Source of the DNA: Escherichia coli | Lineage (GTDB): Bacteria; Pseudomonadota; Gammaproteobacteria; Enterobacterales; Enterobacteriaceae | Reading direction: 5' to 3' (one strand) | Length of the DNA: 23,209 bases | Assembly (NCBI RefSeq): GCF_003334355.1 | Contig: NZ_QOWP01000045.1 | Shown here: piece by piece, positions 9,000 through 18,388 of the stretch | Position numbering within the stretch: the stretch's first letter is position 1 | How the letters are laid out: each line of letters opens with the position of its first letter | The notes under the pieces: generated by a model | The model's input: only the letters and a program-made list of their open reading frames with translations | Told to the model about the DNA's origin: nothing | The model's database searches: none | Made by a program: the position numbers and the translations under genes

Positions 9000-9941
9000 A
9001 TGGCGATGAATGTATTGCAATCACCTTCACGTCCAGGTCTGGGTAAGGTGTCCGGTTTCTTCTGGCGTAATCCGGGGCTGGGGCTGTTTTTACTGCTGCT
9101 TGGCCCGCTAATGTGGTTTGGCATTGTCTATTTCGGCTCGCTGCTGACACTGTTATGGCAGGGATTTTATACTTTTGACGATTTCACCATGTCGGTAACG
9201 CCGGAACTGACGCTGGCGAATATCCGTGCGCTGTTTAATCCGGCGAATTACGACATCATTCTCCGCACGCTGACTATGGCTGTGGCAGTCACTATCGCCA
9301 GCGCCATTCTGGCTTTTCCAATGGCGTGGTATATGGCGCGCTATACCAGCGGGAAAATGAAAGCGTTTTTTTATATTGCGGTAATGTTGCCGATGTGGGC
9401 GAGCTACATTGTTAAAGCCTATGCCTGGACGTTATTGCTGGCAAAAGATGGCGTGGCGCAGTGGTTTTTACAACATCTGGGGCTGGAACCACTGCTGACT
9501 GCGTTCCTTACATTACCTGCGGTGGGCGGAAATACGCTGTCAACTTCCGGGCTGGGGCGCTTTCTGGTGTTTCTCTATATCTGGTTGCCGTTCATGATCC
9601 TGCCCGTTCAGGCGGCGCTTGAGCGTTTGCCGCCGTCATTGTTGCAGGCGTCGGCTGATCTCGGCGCACGTCCACGACAAACCTTTCGCTATGTGGTGCT
9701 GCCGCTGGCAATCCCGGGTATTGCCGCTGGCTCTATCTTTACCTTCTCACTCACACTGGGCGATTTTATCGTCCCGCAGCTGGTTGGTCCTCCAGGATAT
9801 TTTATCGGCAATATGGTTTATTCCCAGCAGGGGGCGATTGGCAATATGCCGATGGCGGCGGCATTCACCCTGGTGCCGATTATTCTCATCGCACTGTACC
9901 TGGCGTTCGTGAAACGTCTGGGAGCGTTCGATGCACTCTGA
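9000..9941 (+). CDS. ydcU: ABC transporter permease (PotB-like), 313 aa
   Basis: Hydrophobic multi-TM ORF. Its ATG (9000-9002) directly abuts the ydcT stop TGA (8997-8999), consistent with translational coupling. Confidence 0.9.
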
Positions 9942-10725
9942 ACGCGCACCGTTTTTCCTCAAACTGGCGGCCTGGGGCGGCGTTGTTTTCCTACATTTTC
10001 CCATCCTGATAATCGCCGCCTATGCGTTTAACACTGAAGATGCGGCGTTTAGTTTTCCACCGCAGGGCCTGACGCTGCGCTGGTTTAGCGTGGCAGCACA
10101 GCGTAGTGATATTCTTGATGCAGTGACACTGTCACTTAAAGTGGCGGCGCTGGCGACATTAATCGCGCTGGTGTTAGGGACGCTGGCAGCTGCCGCGCTG
10201 TGGCGACGAGACTTTTTCGGCAAAAACGCCATTTCGCTGTTACTGCTGCTGCCCATTGCGCTGCCGGGCATTGTCACTGGTCTGGCGTTATTAACCGCCT
10301 TTAAAACCATCAATCTGGAGCCGGGATTTTTCACCATCGTGGTCGGTCATGCGACTTTTTGTGTAGTTGTTGTGTTTAACAATGTCATCGCCCGTTTTCG
10401 CCGCACCTCGTGGAGTCTGGTTGAGGCGTCAATGGATCTTGGGGCCAATGGCTGGCAAACCTTCCGCTACGTAGTGTTGCCGAATCTCAGTTCGGCGTTA
10501 CTGGCAGGAGGAATGCTGGCGTTTGCCTTGTCGTTCGATGAAATCATCGTTACGACCTTTACGGCAGGTCATGAACGAACGTTACCGTTGTGGTTGCTCA
10601 ATCAGCTTGGGCGACCGCGTGATGTACCGGTAACTAACGTGGTGGCACTGCTGGTTATGTTGGTAACAACCTTGCCGATCCTGGGGGCCTGGTGGCTAAC
10701 CCGCGAAGGCGACAATGGTCAATAA
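9931..10725 (+). CDS. ydcV: ABC transporter permease (PotC-like), 264 aa
   Basis: Hydrophobic ORF overlapping the ydcU 3' end by 11 nt; second permease of the array. Confidence 0.9.
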
Positions 10726-10746
10726 CCACTGATACAGGAAAATGCT

Positions 10747-12171
10747 ATGCAACATAAGTTACTGATTAACGGAGAACTGGTTAGCGGCGAAGGGGAAAAA
10801 CAGCCTGTCTATAATCCGGCAACGGGGGACGTTTTACTGGAGATTGCCGAGGCATCCGCAGAGCAGGTCGATGCTGCTGTGCGCGCGGCAGATGCAGCAT
10901 TTGCCGAATGGGGGCAAACCACGCCGAAAGTGCGTGCGGAATGTCTGCTGAAACTGGCTGATGTTATCGAAGAAAATGGTCAGGTTTTTGCCGAACTGGA
11001 GTCCCGTAATTGTGGCAAACCGCTGCATAGTGCGTTCAATGATGAAATCCCGGCGATTGTCGATGTTTTTCGCTTTTTCGCGGGTGCGGCGCGCTGTCTG
11101 AATGGTCTGGCGGCAGGTGAATATCTTGAAGGTCATACTTCGATGATCCGTCGCGATCCGTTGGGGGTCGTGGCTTCTATCGCACCGTGGAATTATCCGC
11201 TGATGATGGCAGCGTGGAAACTGGCTCCGGCGCTGGCGGCAGGGAACTGCGTAGTGCTTAAACCATCAGAAATTGCCCCGCTGACCGCGTTGAAGTTGGC
11301 AGAGCTGGCGAAAGATATCTTCCCGGCAGGCGTGATTAACGTACTGTTTGGCAGAGGCAAAACGGTGGGCGATCCGCTGACCGGACATCCTAAAGTGCGG
11401 ATGGTGTCGCTGACGGGCTCTATCGCCACCGGCGAGCACATCATCAGCCATACCGCGCCGTCCATTAAGCGTACTCATATGGAACTTGGTGGCAAAGCGC
11501 CAGTGATTGTTTTTGATGATGCGGATATTGAAGCAGTGGTCGAAGGTGTACGTACATTTGGCTATTACAATGCCGGACAGGATTGTACTGCGGCTTGTCG
11601 GATCTACGCGCAAAAAGGCATTTACGATACGCTGGTGGAAAAACTGGGTGCTGCGGTGGCAACGTTAAAATCTGGTGCGCCGGATGACGAGTCTACGGAG
11701 CTTGGACCTTTAAGCTCGCTGGCGCATCTCGAACGCGTCAGCAAGGCAGTAGAAGAGGCGAAAGCGACAGGGCATATCAAAGTGATCACCGGTGGTGAAA
11801 AGCGCAAGGGTAATGGCTATTACTATGCGCCGACGCTGCTGGCTGGCGCATTACAGGACGATGCCATCGTGCAAAAAGAGGTATTTGGTCCAGTAGTGAG
11901 TGTTACGCCCTTCGACAACGAAGAACAGGTGGTGAACTGGGCGAATGACAGCCAGTACGGACTTGCATCTTCGGTATGGACGAAAGATGTGGGCAGGGCG
12001 CATCGCGTCAGCGCACGGCTGCAATATGGTTGTACCTGGGTCAATACCCATTTCATGCTGGTAAGTGAAATGCCGCACGGTGGGCAGAAACTTTCTGGTT
12101 ACGGCAAGGATATGTCACTTTATGGGCTGGAGGATTACACCGTCGTCCGCCACGTCATGGTTAAACATTAA
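10747..12171 (+). CDS. patD: NAD-dependent gamma-aminobutyraldehyde dehydrogenase (aldehyde dehydrogenase family), 474 aa
   Basis: ORF 10747..12171, 21 nt downstream of ydcV. Aldehyde dehydrogenase hallmarks are readable: catalytic Glu region (ELGGKAP) and Cys region (GQDCTAACR). Matches PatD (YdcW/Prr) from memory. Confidence 0.9.
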   Translation: MQHKLLINGELVSGEGEKQPVYNPATGDVLLEIAEASAEQVDAAVRAADAAFAEWGQTTPKVRAECLLKLADVIEENGQVFAELESRNCGKPLHSAFNDEIPAIVDVFRFFAGAARCLNGLAAGEYLEGHTSMIRRDPLGVVASIAPWNYPLMMAAWKLAPALAAGNCVVLKPSEIAPLTALKLAELAKDIFPAGVINVLFGRGKTVGDPLTGHPKVRMVSLTGSIATGEHIISHTAPSIKRTHMELGGKAPVIVFDDADIEAVVEGVRTFGYYNAGQDCTAACRIYAQKGIYDTLVEKLGAAVATLKSGAPDDESTELGPLSSLAHLERVSKAVEEAKATGHIKVITGGEKRKGNGYYYAPTLLAGALQDDAIVQKEVFGPVVSVTPFDNEEQVVNWANDSQYGLASSVWTKDVGRAHRVSARLQYGCTWVNTHFMLVSEMPHGGQKLSGYGKDMSLYGLEDYTVVRHVMVKH

Positions 12172-12210
12172 GGATAATATTGCAGATCGTAAGAGTATGA
12201 GATGATCTTG

Positions 12211-12245
12211 CGTACTGTCAGAGCACTGATTTCTCTGACAGTACG
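12211..12245. terminator. Perfect 13-bp stem hairpin between convergent patD and yncL; candidate bidirectional terminator
   Basis: CGTACTGTCAGAG (12211-12223) and CTCTGACAGTACG (12233-12245) are exact reverse complements with a 9-nt loop. No strong T-tract on either side, so terminator function is tentative. Confidence 0.45.
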
Positions 12246-12267
12246 TGCTGCGTGCAAAATCACTACA

Positions 12268-12363
12268 TCAAATAAACCAGCCAAATCTCATAGAGATAAG
12301 AGTAAACAAACCAACAGCAGCAAAGACATTTATCAGTACTACAGTTCTACTGGAAACATTCAT
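12268..12363 (-). CDS. yncL: Very small single-TM membrane protein, 31 aa
   Basis: Minus-strand ATG at 12363, stop TGA at 12268-12270. Translation MNVSSRTVVLINVFAAVGLFTLISMRFGWFI is one hydrophobic helix. Too short for the ORF track. I recall a 31 aa YncL small protein at this position in E. coli. Confidence 0.5.
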   Translation of the reverse strand: MNVSSRTVVLINVFAAVGLFTLISMRFGWFI

Positions 12364-12557
12364 TTTTGCCACCTTTTATCATTGCCCCTATGTGTATAGT
12401 ACGGGTTAAGAAAATCCGCAATAATACTCATTCTGAAGATGGATAAGGGCAAGTTGCTGTTTGATGATTTTTTCTCAAACTGGTGAAAAAACTTGATGCA
12501 CGTCAAAAAATGACGCATATTTGCGCGCGTTTTATTCATCTGGCTGGACGCCCGTAC

Positions 12558-12731
12558 ATGTCTCTCTATCAACACATGCTTGTTTTTTATGCGGTTATGG
12601 CAGCAATCGCATTTCTTATCACCTGGTTTCTTTCTCACGATAAGAAACGCATCCGTTTCTTAAGCGCCTTTCTGGTGGGGGCAACATGGCCGATGAGTTT
12701 CCCGGTGGCGCTGTTGTTTTCACTGTTTTAA
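12558..12731 (+). CDS. ortT: Small membrane toxin OrtT (orphan toxin, GhoT-like), 57 aa
   Basis: ATG at 12558 gives MSLYQHMLVFYAVMAAIAFLITWFLSHDKKRIRFLSAFLVGATWPMSFPVALLFSLF, two predicted TM helices, matching OrtT (YdcX) from memory. The track ORF 12483..12731 is an upstream extension from a GTG with no RBS. Confidence 0.7.
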   Translation: MSLYQHMLVFYAVMAAIAFLITWFLSHDKKRIRFLSAFLVGATWPMSFPVALLFSLF

Positions 12732-12816
12732 ATCTTACTCACTGGCTTGACGGCACCACGCAGACTTATATCATTTGGATGAATCGATAAATTTCACAAG
12801 TGGCTAAGGAGAAAGT

Positions 12817-13050
12817 ATGTCGCATCTGGATGAAGTCATCGCGCGCGTGGATGCCGCGATTGAAGAGAGCGTCATTGCCCATATGAACGAATTATTAATC
12901 GCCCTGAGCGATGACGCGGAGTTAAGTCGGGAAGATCGCTACACCCAGCAGCAACGTCTGCGCACAGCGATCGCCCATCACGGTCGCAAGCATAAAGAAG
13001 ATATGGAAGCGCGCCATGAACAGTTAACCAAAGGCGGCACCATCCTGTGA
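12817..13050 (+). CDS. ydcY: Small soluble charged protein of unknown function, 77 aa
   Basis: ORF 12817..13050 with AGGAG RBS (AAGGAGAAAGTATG). Position and sequence match YdcY from memory. Confidence 0.7.
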   Translation: MSHLDEVIARVDAAIEESVIAHMNELLIALSDDAELSREDRYTQQQRLRTAIAHHGRKHKEDMEARHEQLTKGGTIL

Positions 13051-13500
13051 TTAAAATGAGCGTCTGGCTACCAACCAGGCGCCAACCACAAGTAAAATTG
13101 CGCCACAAATTGGGCCGAACAACGCCCGTAGTGGTACGCCATGACTGCGGAAGATATCCAGAACCAGACCGCCAATCAGCTGACTGGCGACCAGTACTGC
13201 AATAGTTGTCGCCGCTCCCACATTCTGATATCCGCTGATACTGGCGAAGACAAAAAACGATCCCAGCAAGCCAGGTATAAGTGTCCACCAGCGCACGCTG
13301 GACACCAGTTCGCCAAACCCCGCCATGCCTTGTTTAAACCATAAAATAGAAACAAAGAGCACAATCCCCACCAGTGAGTTCAGCAACATGGCGATGAGAA
13401 TGGTAGAGGAGGTCTGGGTGATGCGCACCATCAGCGTGTTCTGGACAACCAGACCAATTCCGGCGGCAATCAAAAAAGCAAGGGTGAGCGACTGATTCAT
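13051..13500 (-). CDS. ydcZ: Inner membrane protein (DUF606-type), 149 aa
   Basis: Minus-strand hydrophobic ORF. Its ATG (13500-13498) overlaps the mnaT stop (ATGA overlap), implying a mnaT-ydcZ operon. Its stop abuts the ydcY stop with zero intergenic spacing. Confidence 0.8.
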   Translation of the reverse strand: MNQSLTLAFLIAAGIGLVVQNTLMVRITQTSSTILIAMLLNSLVGIVLFVSILWFKQGMAGFGELVSSVRWWTLIPGLLGSFFVFASISGYQNVGAATTIAVLVASQLIGGLVLDIFRSHGVPLRALFGPICGAILLVVGAWLVARRSF

Positions 13501-14015
13501 CCAATCGCGTCCGGTTCAGTGCGCTCGTCGAGTTGCAACTGCATAAATGTCAGATCCAGCCAACGACCAAATTTAGTGCCTACCTGCGGCATTTGCGCGG
13601 TGACGACAAATCCCAGCGACTGGTGGAGATGCAGCGAGGCCTGATTTTGCGATTCGATCCCGGCGACCATGACATGCTTCCCGCAATCCCGCGCTTCATC
13701 AATCAATCGGCTTAACAATTTACGCCCCAGACCTTTGCCCTGATGATCGGGATGGACATAAACCGAATGTTCCACGGTATGGCGAAAACCATCGAAACTA
13801 CGCCAGTCGCCAAACGAGGCATATCCCGTCACTACGCCGTTTTCCTCGCTCACCAGCACTGGATAACCTGCTAAAGTCCGCGCTTCAAACCAGGCAATGC
13901 GGTTATCAGCATCCACCGTTTGGTCATTCCAGATAGCCGCCGTATACAACACGGCGTGGTTATAAATTTCCGCAATGGCAGCACAGTCGGCTTTGCGGGC
14001 AAAACGGATGGACAT
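13497..14015 (-). CDS. mnaT: GNAT-family N-acyltransferase (L-amino-acid / methionine N-acyltransferase), 172 aa
   Basis: Start placed at minus-strand ATG 14015 (MSIRFARKADCAAIAEIYNH...) with GAGG RBS. GNAT acetyl-CoA motif region (HQGKGLGRKLL) present. The track ORF extends a further 78 codons upstream into the divergent region with no RBS. Confidence 0.85.
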   Translation of the reverse strand: MSIRFARKADCAAIAEIYNHAVLYTAAIWNDQTVDADNRIAWFEARTLAGYPVLVSEENGVVTGYASFGDWRSFDGFRHTVEHSVYVHPDHQGKGLGRKLLSRLIDEARDCGKHVMVAGIESQNQASLHLHQSLGFVVTAQMPQVGTKFGRWLDLTFMQLQLDERTEPDAIG

Positions 14016-14195
14016 GTCTGGCCTCAATAAAATAATGATGATGATGTTATCAATACTATCGAAAACAGCCCGAAGCAACGGATTCCTCGATGAAATTATT
14101 GCGTGTTGCAGAGGGGATGTGACGGCTGCAAACAAAACCAATCCCGTGAGCCTGCTACTATTGATGGATTCATGCCAAAAGCACAGGAGAGCATT

Positions 14196-15233
14196 ATGGG
14201 GCAACAAAAGCAGCGTAATCGACGTTGGGTTCTGGCCTCGCGTCCACATGGCGCACCGGTTCCGGAGAATTTCCGTCTTGAAGAAGATGATGTCGCCACA
14301 CCGGGTGAAGGACAGGTGTTACTGCGCACAGTTTATTTGTCCCTGGACCCGTATATGCGTGGACGTATGAGCGATGAGCCATCTTATTCACCGCCTGTTG
14401 ATATTGGCGGCGTGATGGTCGGCGGTACGGTGAGCCGTGTCGTGGAGTCGAATCATCCTGATTATCAGTCTGGCGACTGGGTGCTGGGCTACAGTGGATG
14501 GCAAGACTATGACATATCCAGTGGTGATGATCTGGTGAAACTTGGCGATCATCCGCAAAATCCATCGTGGTCGCTGGGTGTGCTAGGGATGCCAGGCTTT
14601 ACCGCTTATATGGGCCTACTGGATATCGGTCAGCCTAAAGAGGGCGAAACGTTGGTGGTAGCTGCGGCGACAGGACCAGTGGGGGCGACGGTGGGGCAAA
14701 TCGGTAAACTTAAAGGTTGCAGAGTGGTGGGGGTAGCCGGTGGCGCGGAAAAATGCCGCCATGCTACCGAGGTGTTAGGCTTCGATGTTTGTCTTGATCA
14801 CCACGCGGATGATTTTGCCGAACAACTGGCGAAAGCGTGCCCAAAAGGTATTGATATCTATTATGAAAACGTGGGCGGTAAGGTATTCGATGCGGTGCTA
14901 CCGTTACTTAATACATCTGCGCGCATTCCCGTCTGCGGATTAGTGAGCAGCTATAACGCTACAGAGCTACCACCCGGTCCGGATCGTTTACCTCTGTTGA
15001 TGGCTACAGTGCTGAAAAAACGTATTCGCTTGCAAGGTTTTATTATCGCTCAGGATTATGGTCACCGCATCCATGAGTTTCAGAGGGAGATGGGGCAATG
15101 GGTGAAAGAGGATAAAATCCACTACCGCGAAGAAATTACTGACGGTTTAGAGAATGCGCCACAGACGTTTATCGGCCTGCTGAAGGGTAAAAACTTCGGC
15201 AAAGTGGTGATCCGCGTGGCGGGTGATGATTAA
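14196..15233 (+). CDS. curA: NADPH-dependent medium-chain reductase (curcumin/dihydrocurcumin reductase, leukotriene B4 dehydrogenase-like), 345 aa
   Basis: Start at ATG 14196 (MGQQKQRNRRW...) preceded by AGGAGA (14185-14190). Rossmann motif AAATGPVGATVGQIGK present. Track ORF start at 14103 is rejected. Confidence 0.85.
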   Translation: MGQQKQRNRRWVLASRPHGAPVPENFRLEEDDVATPGEGQVLLRTVYLSLDPYMRGRMSDEPSYSPPVDIGGVMVGGTVSRVVESNHPDYQSGDWVLGYSGWQDYDISSGDDLVKLGDHPQNPSWSLGVLGMPGFTAYMGLLDIGQPKEGETLVVAAATGPVGATVGQIGKLKGCRVVGVAGGAEKCRHATEVLGFDVCLDHHADDFAEQLAKACPKGIDIYYENVGGKVFDAVLPLLNTSARIPVCGLVSSYNATELPPGPDRLPLLMATVLKKRIRLQGFIIAQDYGHRIHEFQREMGQWVKEDKIHYREEITDGLENAPQTFIGLLKGKNFGKVVIRVAGDD

Positions 15234-15430
15234 AGTTTCAACGGCGGCGTAAGCCGCCATAAAAATCCAGGCAAAAAGCTTATTTTCAGCTTTAATTAAC
15301 TAACCACATCATTGTTCTGCTGCTAATAACAACAAAGGTGAGTGGTTTATGATTATTCACTTTAATACACCAGGTGAATTCCTTCTGCCATGCAGGCAGG
15401 GTTGGACAGAAAACACGCGAAGGAATTAAA

Positions 15431-16096
15431 ATGCCTGGAACGGGAAAAATGAAACATGTCAGTTTGACTCTGCAGGTTGAGAACGACCTGAAACATCAGC
15501 TTAGTATTGGCGCATTAAAACCTGGCGCACGCCTGATTACTAAAAATCTGGCGGAGCAATTAGGTATGAGTATTACACCTGTGCGTGAAGCATTATTACG
15601 TCTGGTTTCGGTGAATGCGCTTTCTGTCGCACCTGCACAAGCATTTACAGTTCCGGAAGTGGGGAAACGTCAATTAGACGAAATCAATCGGATCCGCTAC
15701 GAACTGGAATTAATGGCAGTTGCTCTGGCTGTTGAAAACCTCACCCCGCAAGACCTTGCGGAACTCCAGGAATTGCTCGAGAAATTACAGCAGGCGCAAG
15801 AAAAGGGCGACATGGAACAAATCATTAATGTAAACAGGCTATTTCGCTTAGCGATTTATCATCGCTCAAATATGCCCATCCTGTGTGAGATGATTGAGCA
15901 ACTGTGGGTCAGGATGGGGCCTGGTTTACATTATCTCTATGAAGCGATTAATCCAGCGGAATTACGGGAGCATATAGAAAACTATCATCTGTTACTCGCT
16001 GCGTTAAAAGCAAAAGACAAAGAGGGATGCAGACATTGTCTTGCTGAAATTATGCAACAAAATATTGCTATTTTATACCAGCAATACAATCGTTAA
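15431..16096 (+). CDS. mcbR: GntR/FadR-family transcriptional regulator, 221 aa
   Basis: Start at ATG 15431 (MPGTGKMKHVSL...) preceded by AGGAA. N-terminal winged HTH (LITKNLAEQLGMSITPVREALLRL) and FCD-type C-domain. Matches McbR/YncC from memory. Confidence 0.8.
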   Translation: MPGTGKMKHVSLTLQVENDLKHQLSIGALKPGARLITKNLAEQLGMSITPVREALLRLVSVNALSVAPAQAFTVPEVGKRQLDEINRIRYELELMAVALAVENLTPQDLAELQELLEKLQQAQEKGDMEQIINVNRLFRLAIYHRSNMPILCEMIEQLWVRMGPGLHYLYEAINPAELREHIENYHLLLAALKAKDKEGCRHCLAEIMQQNIAILYQQYNR

Positions 16097-16101
16097 AGTA
16101 A

Positions 16102-16123
16102 ATGCCCGGCAAATACCGGGCAT
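16102..16123. terminator. Hairpin ATGCCCGG-caaata-CCGGGCAT between convergent mcbR and yncD; bidirectional terminator candidate
   Basis: 8-bp perfect stem with 6-nt loop, lying in the 35-bp gap between the mcbR stop (16096) and yncD stop (16132). Confidence 0.55.
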
Positions 16124-16131
16124 CAAGGTAA

Positions 16132-18234
16132 TTACTCAAATCTCCACGCAATATTCATGCCGACACCATAATTTCGTCCGGGCGAAGGTTCGTAATATCG
16201 CCCGTTTGACTCATTGACAATGACAGAACCAACGTATTCTTTATCGAATAAATTATCGACACGACCAAATAAATCCACAGTTAAATTGTGGTAATTGTAT
16301 TTATACCCGGTGAATAAGCCGACGAGAGTATAAGACGGCGCTTTTGCCGTATTTTCATCATCTGCCATAATATCGCCCATATAACGCGCTTCCGTGCCTG
16401 CATACCAACCATCTTCCGGTACATAACCTATCGACGCAAAGCCCATATTACGGGCGATCCCTGGCATCCGATTACCGTTACAATCCTGTTCATTGCAAAC
16501 ATTGCTGCGATAGGTCGCATCAAGCCAGGTCCAGGACGCGTTTACGCGAAAATCTCCTGCGAAACGTTGATCCCATGCCAGTTCAGCGCCTTGACGACGG
16601 GTCTTTCCGGCATTTTTGTAAGTCGTACGCCCACCGCTACTGCTATCGACAACAATTTCATCATCAGTGTCGGTCTGAAACAATGCGAGACTAAGCAGCC
16701 CATCACCAATACGCGTTTTACTGCCGATCTCAATTGTATCGTTGGTGGATGGTTTTAAACCTAAGTTCATACCGCTTTGCCCATCAGCACGATAAGACAG
16801 CTCATTAATCGTCGGCGTTTCAAAACCTCGCCCGGCTGCCAGATAGATATTCCAGGCATCGGTCATTGCATATTTTAACGAACCGGCAGGTAGCCATTTA
16901 TGATAACTGGCATCACCGCTGTCATCGCCGTTACCCGGAGTAACGTAATGGTCGTTGGAATCAAACCACACGGAGCTGTAGCGCACGCCAGCATCCAGCG
17001 ACAGTTTTTCGCTCAGCTGCCACTGCGTCTGTAAATAGGGATCGATGTTCCACATCAGATTGCGTTCGTCGCGACGCAACTCACCTTTTTGCCCGTACTC
17101 CGGCATGCCGCTATTCAGGCGGAAGTTATTGTAGCCCTTGCGGTTTTCACTCATGTTTTCGTAGTTCAGGCCGGTAGTGAACGTGACCGGAACGCCCAGT
17201 TCACCACGGTGTGTCCAGCGGCTGTCTATTCCCTGGTAATGGCGTTGCAGGGTAATCACGCCGCCCGCATGTGACGGGTTAAGTTGTGGTGCCATGGGTA
17301 TTGACTGGTACTGGGTCGTTTCTCGCTCTCCGGCATACATCATCACACTCATATCATCCCGCGAACTCAGGCTACGTTCATAGCGCAACCCAGCCTGAGT
17401 TTGCTTGATGGTTTTTCGCGTGTCGTACTGTTCTGCACGAGGCGCTTGTTGTGGATTCGCCTTCCATTCTGCTTTGGTTAGCCCACCTGGGTCATCTGCT
17501 TTGATATCCACACTATTGAAAATCAGGCTTAATTTGCTGGCTTCATCAATGCGTACGCCCAGTTTGGCATTGGCTAAATTTTTCTGTGCGCCACTATGGT
17601 CACGATAGCCGTGGGTCGTAAAACGCGTGGTTGAGACGGTGTAATCAACATCGCCGGGTTGTGTGCCGTCTCCCGTTGCGCCCGTTGCTTTCAGCCCATA
17701 GCGCCAGCTGCCAAAACTGCCGTAGTAACTACTGGCTTCAATGGTTGGTGGCTGTTGTCCGGTCTGGGTGGTGACATTCATTACACCGCCAGACGCGTTG
17801 CCATACAGGGCAGAAAAGGGGCCACGCAGCACTTCCACATTTTGCACACTGCTTAAATCGATGTTGGATGTTTGCCCTTGCCCGTCGGGCATGGTGGCGG
17901 GAATACCGTCCACATACAGGCGAATACCGCGAATTCCGTAAGTGGAGCGGGAGCCAAATCCGCGAATCGACAGCTGTAAATCTTGCGCATAGTTCTGCCG
18001 ATTTTGTACCTGCAAACCAGGCACGCTGGTCAGTGATTCGGACAAGTTAATGCGCGGTGTTGCCAGGCGCATCCCCTCGCCATCCACCACGCTTACTGCT
18101 GCTGGGGTATCCAGTTCTGAAACCACCTGCGGTGCGGCACTGACAATCATGGTTTGTTCATCAGCGGCAAAAACAACGGGGGAAAGGGCAAGTAGTGCGG
18201 GCAAAACGGTCTGTCGGACGGAAAAAATCTTCAT
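16132..18234 (-). CDS. yncD: TonB-dependent outer-membrane receptor, 700 aa
   Basis: Minus-strand ORF with signal peptide (MKIFSVRQTVLPALLALSPVVFAADE), plug-domain motifs and a C-terminal aromatic residue (…NIAWRFE) typical of outer-membrane beta-barrels. Confidence 0.9.
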   Translation of the reverse strand: MKIFSVRQTVLPALLALSPVVFAADEQTMIVSAAPQVVSELDTPAAVSVVDGEGMRLATPRINLSESLTSVPGLQVQNRQNYAQDLQLSIRGFGSRSTYGIRGIRLYVDGIPATMPDGQGQTSNIDLSSVQNVEVLRGPFSALYGNASGGVMNVTTQTGQQPPTIEASSYYGSFGSWRYGLKATGATGDGTQPGDVDYTVSTTRFTTHGYRDHSGAQKNLANAKLGVRIDEASKLSLIFNSVDIKADDPGGLTKAEWKANPQQAPRAEQYDTRKTIKQTQAGLRYERSLSSRDDMSVMMYAGERETTQYQSIPMAPQLNPSHAGGVITLQRHYQGIDSRWTHRGELGVPVTFTTGLNYENMSENRKGYNNFRLNSGMPEYGQKGELRRDERNLMWNIDPYLQTQWQLSEKLSLDAGVRYSSVWFDSNDHYVTPGNGDDSGDASYHKWLPAGSLKYAMTDAWNIYLAAGRGFETPTINELSYRADGQSGMNLGLKPSTNDTIEIGSKTRIGDGLLSLALFQTDTDDEIVVDSSSGGRTTYKNAGKTRRQGAELAWDQRFAGDFRVNASWTWLDATYRSNVCNEQDCNGNRMPGIARNMGFASIGYVPEDGWYAGTEARYMGDIMADDENTAKAPSYTLVGLFTGYKYNYHNLTVDLFGRVDNLFDKEYVGSVIVNESNGRYYEPSPGRNYGVGMNIAWRFE

Positions 18235-18367
18235 GAAAAAAGCCAGGTTAAGAATGGGAAAACGCCGTTATGGTAATGAAATTGTAAATTTATGGAAAAC
18301 GAAACGGCACGATACGTTAAGTAATTGAGAAAATTGTAGTCGTAACGGCAAGAAATGCTCCACATTT

Positions 18368-18388
18368 GAGAAAATAATGATTACCATT
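18368..18388. promoter_or_regulatory. Fur-box-like AT-rich motif (GAGAAAATAATGATTACCATT) in the yncD/yncE divergent promoter region
   Basis: Resembles the Fur consensus GATAATGATAATCATTATC (hexamer-like ATAATG/ATTACC). Located between a TonB-dependent receptor gene and yncE. Regulation is inferred, not demonstrated by sequence. Confidence 0.4.

Noticed and set aside
12483-12557. Upstream extension of ortT (track ORF 12483..12731, 82 aa)
   Set aside because: Begins at GTG with no Shine-Dalgarno; the internal ATG at 12558 gives the compact two-helix 57 aa protein characteristic of OrtT.
14016-14249. Long 5' extensions of track ORFs for mnaT (to 14249), curA (from 14103), mcbR (from 15374), ansP (to 21202) and ydcO (to 1510)
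   Set aside because: Each extension lacks an RBS, invades the neighbouring divergent promoter region, and an internal ATG with a good Shine-Dalgarno gives the expected family-typical N-terminus.
15242-15264. GGCGGC-gtaa-GCCGCC hairpin after curA as a terminator
   Set aside because: The stem is real, but it is followed by an A-run rather than a T-run on the plus strand, so it is not a convincing intrinsic terminator for curA. It may be a structural element or act on the other strand.
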